Both the position numbers and the translations under genes were made by a program. From the IMG/VR virus record IMGVR_UViG_3300044695_007092, positions 11,321-75,320 of that record: DNA of 64,000 bases. One strand, given 5' to 3'. The stretch's first letter is position 1, and every line of letters starts with the position of its first letter. Positions 58,590-64,000 of this stretch are shown here, one piece after another. The notes beneath the pieces were generated by a model. The model made no database searches. It was not told the DNA's origin and worked only from the letters and a program-made list of their open reading frames with translations. Source of the stretch: a virus.

Positions 58590-59630
58590 ATGAAGATAGG
58601 CTTCGATGTACAGTATAAACCTCACGACGCCGTCTACGCAGCGTTGAGGTTATCTGATTCATTGAGGTATCTTGGATACGATACAACTCTATTTAGTAAC
58701 AAGACCCCTAAACACAATTACGGTTGCGGCTGGGACAAGCTGGTCATAACTCCAAAAGATATGTCATATGATAAATGGCTACTAGGTCTTAGCCATGTAA
58801 TATGGCCTGTACCTCCTAATAAAGATGTTGTACAGAAAGTAGGTAAGTCTATAGTTACCATAGCTTTATCTCCATGGGACTGCCTTCCAGGTTATGTAAA
58901 GAGCTCTTTAAGGCTGTGTGCCCATGTAGTTACGCCATGCCTTGAGAACTCAGACACAGTAAGGAAAGAAGCCAATATTAGAGACGTCTCCACAATTGAG
59001 TGGGACAGCTCTATACCCATGACCAAAAAGGATTTAAATGATATAGATCCTAGCAGGCCTAAGGTTCTTATACCTTTGCACTCTAGCCAAGGCCTTAGAT
59101 GCGACTTGGAAATCCTATGCAACATAATATCAGGCATAGCGGAGAAAAGCCCTCAAGCTGATATAACCATATCTTATAGTCCTAAGAGTATGCCATGGGA
59201 GGTAAGGAAGTCTTTATTTAGTTACCTCAAGAAGCATAAGAATATAAAAGGCGTAATAGATGAGACAACTTGTACTAGTTCCTTACTGCTTTATGGGTAT
59301 AGTGATATAGTATTGTGGCCTGCTGAGATTGAAGGTTTTGGCTTAGTGGGAATAGAGTCTATCTACATGGGCACACCAGTAGTGGCCTATGACATACCCC
59401 CAATGTCAAATATAATAACAAATGGAGTTAACGGTATGTTAGTGCCGTGCGACGATGGAGGCTCTAAAGGCGGAGTTATGTATGCAGAGCCTAATCCATC
59501 TGAGTTTATAAAAGTGGCGACTGATGCCATAAATGAAAAAATACTGGCACTTAACAAGAATACTAAGGTAGGCAGGCGATCAGTTAGAAGCATGTTTTAC
59601 TCACAGTGGAAGAAGTTAATAGAGGGCTAA
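58590..59630 (+). CDS. Glycosyltransferase family 4 (GT-B)
   Basis: EGFGLVGIES...GTPVVAYDIP...ITNGVNGMLV. Confidence 0.85.
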   Translation: MKIGFDVQYKPHDAVYAALRLSDSLRYLGYDTTLFSNKTPKHNYGCGWDKLVITPKDMSYDKWLLGLSHVIWPVPPNKDVVQKVGKSIVTIALSPWDCLPGYVKSSLRLCAHVVTPCLENSDTVRKEANIRDVSTIEWDSSIPMTKKDLNDIDPSRPKVLIPLHSSQGLRCDLEILCNIISGIAEKSPQADITISYSPKSMPWEVRKSLFSYLKKHKNIKGVIDETTCTSSLLLYGYSDIVLWPAEIEGFGLVGIESIYMGTPVVAYDIPPMSNIITNGVNGMLVPCDDGGSKGGVMYAEPNPSEFIKVATDAINEKILALNKNTKVGRRSVRSMFYSQWKKLIEG

Positions 59631-59633
59631 CAC

Positions 59634-59999
59634 ATGGATGTTCTAGCTGTAAGACAAGAAGAGAAGCTGTGGGGCCGCAACCATATTATTCATTTGGATA
59701 ATTCCTTTCAGATCTGCCACATACATATCCTTAAAGGCGGATACTGCTCTAATCACTTTCATCAGAACAAGTGGAATCAATTCTATATTGTCTCGGGTAG
59801 ACTGATGGTCAGCTGCTATAACCCAGATGGTACTATAAAGAGCACCATCATTCTTAGACCTACCGAGTGCATCAAAGTACCACCTGGCTTAAACCATAAG
59901 TTTGAAGCTTTAGAAGAGACTGAAGCTTTGGAGATCTATTGGTCTGAGCTATCTGAGCACGATATTGTGCGTACAGACGTAGGCGGCATCAAGGCTTAA
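59634..59999 (+). CDS. Cupin, sugar isomerase-like
   Basis: KLWG, CSNHFHQNK, VPPGLNHKFEALE, DIVR. Confidence 0.8.
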   Translation: MDVLAVRQEEKLWGRNHIIHLDNSFQICHIHILKGGYCSNHFHQNKWNQFYIVSGRLMVSCYNPDGTIKSTIILRPTECIKVPPGLNHKFEALEETEALEIYWSELSEHDIVRTDVGGIKA

Positions 60000-60023
60000 T
60001 TCAACCCATAATAGTGTCATAAT
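59996..60023 (+). promoter_or_regulatory. Repeated promoter motif, copy A
   Basis: TTAATT-N16-CATAAT. Confidence 0.7.
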
Positions 60024-60224
60024 ATAGTGATACCGATAGGTATTAGCCCAATCGAGATAGCGGCTTTAAAGGTACTCGTAAGCCCAACTGACTGTTCCTG
60101 TCAGGTTGGTAATATGGCCTAGGAACCCTCCAGAGATAGACCAGCGTAATTGGTCTCTGGTGGAGGTAGAGCTGGTCTCCTCTATTGGTGGGAAGAATCT
60201 CCAAAGAAGGATGTAAATTCCTTC

Positions 60225-60251
60225 CGTCTTGAGCAGGACGTTAAACTGCTT
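60225..60251 (+). repeat. Pseudoknot motif copy 1
   Basis: CGTCTTGAGCAGGACGTTAAACTGCTT. Confidence 0.85.
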
Positions 60252-60272
60252 CATTTGTAGTTTATCGCTGGT

Positions 60273-60299
60273 GTCCTGAGTAAGACTTTAAACTGCTCA
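60273..60299 (+). repeat. Pseudoknot motif copy 2
   Basis: GTCCTGAGTAAGACTTTAAACTGCTCA. Confidence 0.85.
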
Positions 60300-60445
60300 T
60301 ATTTATGGCACCGGAGGTAAAGCCCTCTGGCCGTGCACGCCGGCAGCGTGGTAGGAAACCCACCAAGGAAATGGGGTATGGATGAAACTTCCATATATCT
60401 CCCTATACCCACGGGAGATATTGCTCGCACCTTGAGGGAAGGTGC

Positions 60446-60473
60446 CGTCCTGGAGCAGGACGTTAAACTGCTC
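60446..60473 (+). repeat. Pseudoknot motif copy 3
   Basis: CGTCCTGGAGCAGGACGTTAAACTGCTC directly before the T-run. Confidence 0.85.
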
Positions 60474-60495
60474 TTTTTTTAGCTATCACACACTC

Positions 60496-60523
60496 TTAAT
60501 TCAACTAATAAGTGCGTCATAAT
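60496..60523 (+). promoter_or_regulatory. Repeated promoter motif, copy B
   Basis: TTAATT-N16-CATAAT. Confidence 0.75.
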
Positions 60524-60594
60524 GATATGAAAGCGTAGGTATTAGGCAAGCTCGATAGCTTGTCACCTATGTGAGTATATACATGGAGGTTCTC

Positions 60595-60900
60595 ATGACT
60601 ACGTTAGTAAAATCCTTATTGCCTTGCGTAACGGTATCTCAGTCCCTGCGCAGAGAAGGTTTCAAAAGAGTGATAGGATATGGTTCGAACTCTGCAGAAA
60701 TCAGACCAAATAAAAGATTGTGCGGAGTAATGATTGATGTAGATGTACAGTCAGGAGTGTTCTCTTGTGTCCTGCTAAACGACTGGGACGATTCGTCCTG
60801 CATGTACATGAGCTCTAATTTGCAGCAAGACCAGTTCGCCAGCGAAAGCTGGAGTGAATTGGTACAGTGGATAAAGCAATCCCCAAGAAGGATTGCTTAA
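60595..60900 (+). CDS. Hypothetical protein (cassette B payload)
   Basis: GGAGG RBS. Confidence 0.6.
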   Translation: MTTLVKSLLPCVTVSQSLRREGFKRVIGYGSNSAEIRPNKRLCGVMIDVDVQSGVFSCVLLNDWDDSSCMYMSSNLQQDQFASESWSELVQWIKQSPRRIA

Positions 60901-60903
60901 TTT

Positions 60904-60953
60904 AAGAAACACATCATGCCTTCGGGTGTGGTGTGTTTCTTTTTTTAGCTATC
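60904..60953 (+). terminator. UUCG-capped terminator ending T7-AGCTATC
   Basis: 17-bp stem, cTTCGg loop. Confidence 0.9.
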
Positions 60954-60973
60954 ACACATCCTATCTCGTTATG

Positions 60974-61001
60974 TTAATTGGACTTATAAACGCGTCATAA
61001 T
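60974..61001 (+). promoter_or_regulatory. Repeated promoter motif, copy C
   Basis: TTAATT-N16-CATAAT. Confidence 0.75.
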
Positions 61002-61070
61002 AGTATGAAAGGATAGGTTATCAGTCATCTAACAGGTGACGCCTAATCTTAGTTGTTCATGGAGGCTAAT

Positions 61071-61334
61071 ATGAACATGAATATTGCGAATTATGTACTT
61101 TTAGACAAGCTCTCTAATTTGTATGCAGGTGATAACTGCGACGGGCTGGTATTCGTCGCAACTGTAGACCTTGATGGTGGTGATCGTTTTAAGTATGCTC
61201 CTTGGGTGCCAGCCACCAAGTCTCAAGAGGACGTCTATTGGGTCGCCCGTAAAAGTGCAGAGGATTTTGGTAAGGAGTCTTTCTGCGCTGAAACTGGTGA
61301 GTCATCATACCACTGCACCTGCGGGTGGCATTAA
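61071..61334 (+). CDS. Hypothetical protein (cassette C payload)
   Basis: GGAGG RBS; C-terminal HCTCGWH. Confidence 0.6.
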   Translation: MNMNIANYVLLDKLSNLYAGDNCDGLVFVATVDLDGGDRFKYAPWVPATKSQEDVYWVARKSAEDFGKESFCAETGESSYHCTCGWH

Positions 61335-61338
61335 AATG

Positions 61339-61365
61339 CGTCCTGAGCCGACGTTAAAGGGCTCA
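61339..61365 (+). repeat. Pseudoknot motif copy 4 (covarying)
   Basis: CGTCCTGAGCCGACGTTAAAGGGCTCA. Confidence 0.8.
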
Positions 61366-61388
61366 CAGCGTATGAGCGTATGCTGTTG

Positions 61389-61435
61389 ATCAACCTTACT
61401 CCTGGGCGGAGTGAGGTTGATTTTTTTTAGCTATC
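61389..61435 (+). terminator. Terminator ending T8-AGCTATC
   Basis: ATCAACCTTACTCC/GGAGTGAGGTTGAT stem. Confidence 0.88.
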
Positions 61436-61492
61436 AGACACTCCTATCCTAGGTTATCATTCAAGTAACTACTTTAATGAGGTGCCAACGAT

Positions 61493-61822
61493 ATGGAATG
61501 GCTTGTCATCCTTGCTGTCATTACGTTGTATGCATCATCTTTAATACTGTGCTATAGCGATTCAATAAGAAATGCTTGGTACTATCCTCTTCTATCTATA
61601 GCCATAGGCATAATAGTATCCACAATGTGGGTACTCGGTGTCAGGCTTGCAGACAATAAAGAACGAATATTCTTCTTCAGCCTATGCTGGGAATTTTCAG
61701 TTATCTTTATAGACTATGCAATACCTCTTGCTTTCTTTGGCTTAAATGTTAATAAGTATGTAATATTAGGTTCTCTTCTCGTAGCCACAGGATTGGTTAT
61801 AATGAAGTTGAACATGAGATAA
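61493..61822 (+). CDS. Four-helix membrane protein (SMR/DMT-like size)
   Basis: Four hydrophobic segments in 109 aa; C-terminal ILGSLLVATGLVIM. Confidence 0.55.
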   Translation: MEWLVILAVITLYASSLILCYSDSIRNAWYYPLLSIAIGIIVSTMWVLGVRLADNKERIFFFSLCWEFSVIFIDYAIPLAFFGLNVNKYVILGSLLVATGLVIMKLNMR

Positions 61823-61847
61823 GCGCTTTTAAAGAAAGGTTGTTTAG

Positions 61848-62225
61848 ATGGCTAATCTATCATTTTGGAAAGATTCAGTAGGATTTGGTGTTTATACCAA
61901 GGATGACCCTGATCTATTGTCATGGCTGTATGTACAATGGGTTAAGAAAGAAAGTCCTGATGAAGCTACCTCTGCAAGCGTTATTAAGTTCCTAGAGTTC
62001 TCAAGTAACCTTATTAGTCAAAAACCTGTTGTGGCCATGGAGTACATTGATAACGGAATTGCTGTTATTTTATCTACAGGGGAAAAGATTCCATTTAATA
62101 AGTCCAGTACAGTAAAGCAGCTAGTTACATCTGTAAACGTAATGGGGGCTTCAACCTCAATGGCTGGCCCTAGAGTAGACCCTCAAGTTGATACTTCTAT
62201 TCCTATAACAGGTGAGGCCCGATAA
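61848..62225 (+). CDS. Hypothetical protein
   Basis: AAAGG RBS. Confidence 0.55.
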   Translation: MANLSFWKDSVGFGVYTKDDPDLLSWLYVQWVKKESPDEATSASVIKFLEFSSNLISQKPVVAMEYIDNGIAVILSTGEKIPFNKSSTVKQLVTSVNVMGASTSMAGPRVDPQVDTSIPITGEAR

Positions 62226-62467
62226 TGAAAAAGACTAATACACATAACCTTAAGCTATACACCGGTGAAGAGACTGAATCATTCCTTGAGGGATTAGTAG
62301 ACGAATTTCTACATATTTCATTAAGTAAGAATAGAACATTAGCACCCGAAGAGGCAGAACTTGTTCAAAAGCACTTTGATGACTTTATTTCATTCTGTGT
62401 GGCCACTTCATCTGGTAAAATTGTATTAGATAACGGAAAAATGACACCATTTGTTAACCCTAGGTAA
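62225..62467 (+). CDS. Hypothetical protein
   Basis: TAATG coupling. Confidence 0.55.
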   Translation: MKKTNTHNLKLYTGEETESFLEGLVDEFLHISLSKNRTLAPEEAELVQKHFDDFISFCVATSSGKIVLDNGKMTPFVNPR

Positions 62468-62471
62468 CATA

Positions 62472-62750
62472 ATGAGCAAATATAATAAAAATGATGCAGT
62501 AAAGAAAATGGTAGACCTTCTTAACAAAGATGCTCATTGCGGCTGTGGCTGCAGTAGCTGTGTTAAGAAGGCTGCCATATCTACACTGGGGGCCATTGGA
62601 TCTAATTTTAAAAAACTTACACCGTCAGCCGTAAATGCAAATGATATTTCTGCTAAACCCATGCGGCAGAAGCAGTTAGGTCAACAACAAAATAATCCTT
62701 ATTTGAACAATTATAGCTCGCAAACTCCTATAAACACTGGTAGTATGTAA
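62472..62750 (+). CDS. Hypothetical protein
   Basis: ORF with HCGCGCSSC. Confidence 0.5.
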   Translation: MSKYNKNDAVKKMVDLLNKDAHCGCGCSSCVKKAAISTLGAIGSNFKKLTPSAVNANDISAKPMRQKQLGQQQNNPYLNNYSSQTPINTGSM

Positions 62751-62911
62751 ATTGTTAGCCCATCCAATCGACGTAAGTCCTTATGTGACTTCTACTTAGC
62801 CAAAATTTTATTAAAATTTTAAGCATTTTTTACTTATCATTGATTTAAATCAGGCTAAGTAATACAAATACATAGTTCCTAGATAGCCATGTTCATTACA
62901 AGGGGTTGATC

Positions 62912-63754
62912 ATGTCGAAGAGCAGTAAGTCGGTAACGGCAGAGGAGCTAAAGAACTTGTATCCTGGCCTCTCTTTGTTAGAGGGGTACGATGCAGCTCT
63001 TGTTGGAGTAGTCGCCTCAGCAGATAATTCGTTTATACCGGTATATGACACCTTTGCGATTATAGACATCATCTATAATATGGGCTTCGAATCAAAGGAA
63101 GACCTTAAAAGCTACTTCTTTAACCTAGTCAATGAGTCAAAGAAGGGCGGCATAGGTCCTATGTTCATTCAGTCTGCCAAGCTGCATACTAAGAATTCTA
63201 AAGGCCATAATAAACCACCAAAGCCCCCTATCTCCTTCGACCCTAAAGACACTGAGATATTCTCTGAAGAAGAAAACAAGATACTGGAAGAGGCATTAGA
63301 CTCTTTAGAGGCCATGGATACAGAAGATTCAGTATGGCACGATGAGGACGACAGTGACTTTGGAGCCTATGTTGACGATGAGGACCTTGATCCTCCATTT
63401 GGCTATAAATACACAGATAGCGCAGCGTACGACTCTGACTCTGATAGTGATGAGTCATTCAAGGCAGATAGCGATGACAGCTATGAGTATGGTGAGGAAG
63501 ATGACGAAGAAGAGGACGAGGATGAAGATGAAGATGAAAATAAAGAGTACGAAAGTTTGCTAGAGCTTGAAGTTTACCTAGGTAATAGTAATCCATATGA
63601 CTGCATACTTAGTAAAAATAAGAAAGACATAATGCAGGCTATAAGGCTATTCTTTCCTAATCTTGAAAACCTTAGAGATATAAAGCGAATACACTTTCTA
63701 TTCGATGGCGCAGAGATGGAAGAAGACGAAGAGGACGACCAAGAAGAAAATTAA
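62912..63754 (+). CDS. Highly acidic protein
   Basis: Long D/E tracts in the C-terminal half. Confidence 0.65.
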   Translation: MSKSSKSVTAEELKNLYPGLSLLEGYDAALVGVVASADNSFIPVYDTFAIIDIIYNMGFESKEDLKSYFFNLVNESKKGGIGPMFIQSAKLHTKNSKGHNKPPKPPISFDPKDTEIFSEEENKILEEALDSLEAMDTEDSVWHDEDDSDFGAYVDDEDLDPPFGYKYTDSAAYDSDSDSDESFKADSDDSYEYGEEDDEEEDEDEDEDENKEYESLLELEVYLGNSNPYDCILSKNKKDIMQAIRLFFPNLENLRDIKRIHFLFDGAEMEEDEEDDQEEN

Positions 63755-63790
63755 TGTAGACTAGATCCTGCAATACTATAGAATAACGCC

Positions 63791-63999
63791 GTGCTGATTT
63801 ATTACTTAGCCGAGAGTGTCGGCTGGTTAGGCGCAGTCTGGCATGGAAGCCATACTATACTGCGCAGGTACCCGCATCGTGGCGAAAGCTTTAAGATGTG
63901 GCAGGCGGGGTGGGCAGCTTACACTCATATATGCTGGCCCTGAGCTCTAAGAGCCGTAGGTCTTCGGGAAGGGGATCCGAAGAGGTATTAGATCAGCAC
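63791..63999 (+). ncRNA. Multibranched structured ncRNA (~210 nt), possibly manA-motif-like
   Basis: 17-bp closing helix 63791-63807/63983-63999, six internal hairpins, GAGTGT/ACACTC loop-loop complementarity. Confidence 0.65.
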
Positions 64000-64000
64000 A

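Larger units (their letters stand above)
60030..60480 (+). ncRNA. Candidate structured ncRNA (~450 nt) with three pseudoknot repeats
   Basis: Between promoter A and T7-AGCTATC; no + strand ORF of 60 aa or more; at least 9 hairpins. Confidence 0.65.

Noticed and set aside
60340-60400. TIGR-like GAAACCCA-N9-TG words
   Set aside because: Single occurrence with no 36-nt periodicity
60225-60473. CRISPR array or pistol ribozyme reading of the repeats
   Set aside because: Spacing is irregular (48 and 173 nt) with no cas genes; pistol P2/P3 and the GU cleavage site are missing
62793-62860. TACTTAGCC/GGCTAAGTA inverted repeat around an AT-rich spacer
   Set aside because: Short single occurrence; could be an operator, but too little support
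1-64000. Stop-codon reassignment
   Set aside because: Core genes are full length under code 11, and TAG, TGA and TAA all end genes at tight junctions

Overview
This is a ~40% GC, gene-dense segment of a large tailed dsDNA phage (Caudoviricetes, probably jumbo-class), read in the standard genetic code. It carries a MoxR-type AAA+/vWA pair, a GpA-like terminase large subunit, a probable portal and a DenV-like glycosylase. It also has CsrA next to a sigma70-type factor, and a full replication/recombination block: SbcCD, SF2 helicase, DnaB-like helicase, primase, UDG-domain-fused family A polymerase, dNMP kinase, SSB-like protein, RecA-like protein, DnaQ-like exonuclease and RuvC. About 13 glycan-related enzymes sit in two clusters plus one isolated GT, and include a plant-RGP-like GT75 and a sulfotransferase. 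Several features are unexplained. (1) A catalytically degenerate IS110/Nop-domain protein is fixed inside the replication operon, facing a candidate ~75-nt antisense sRNA. (2) A family of modular cassettes shares a TWAATT-N16-CATAAT promoter and a T7-AGCTAT end; two carry long structured non-coding payloads, and a covarying H-type pseudoknot occurs four times. (3) A ~210-nt multibranched ncRNA lies at the right edge. (4) A 54-bp inverted repeat flanks one gene near a degenerate rolling-circle Rep-like gene. (5) A 362-nt gene overlap has a candidate +1 frameshift. All family assignments come from motif recognition by eye; no searches were run.
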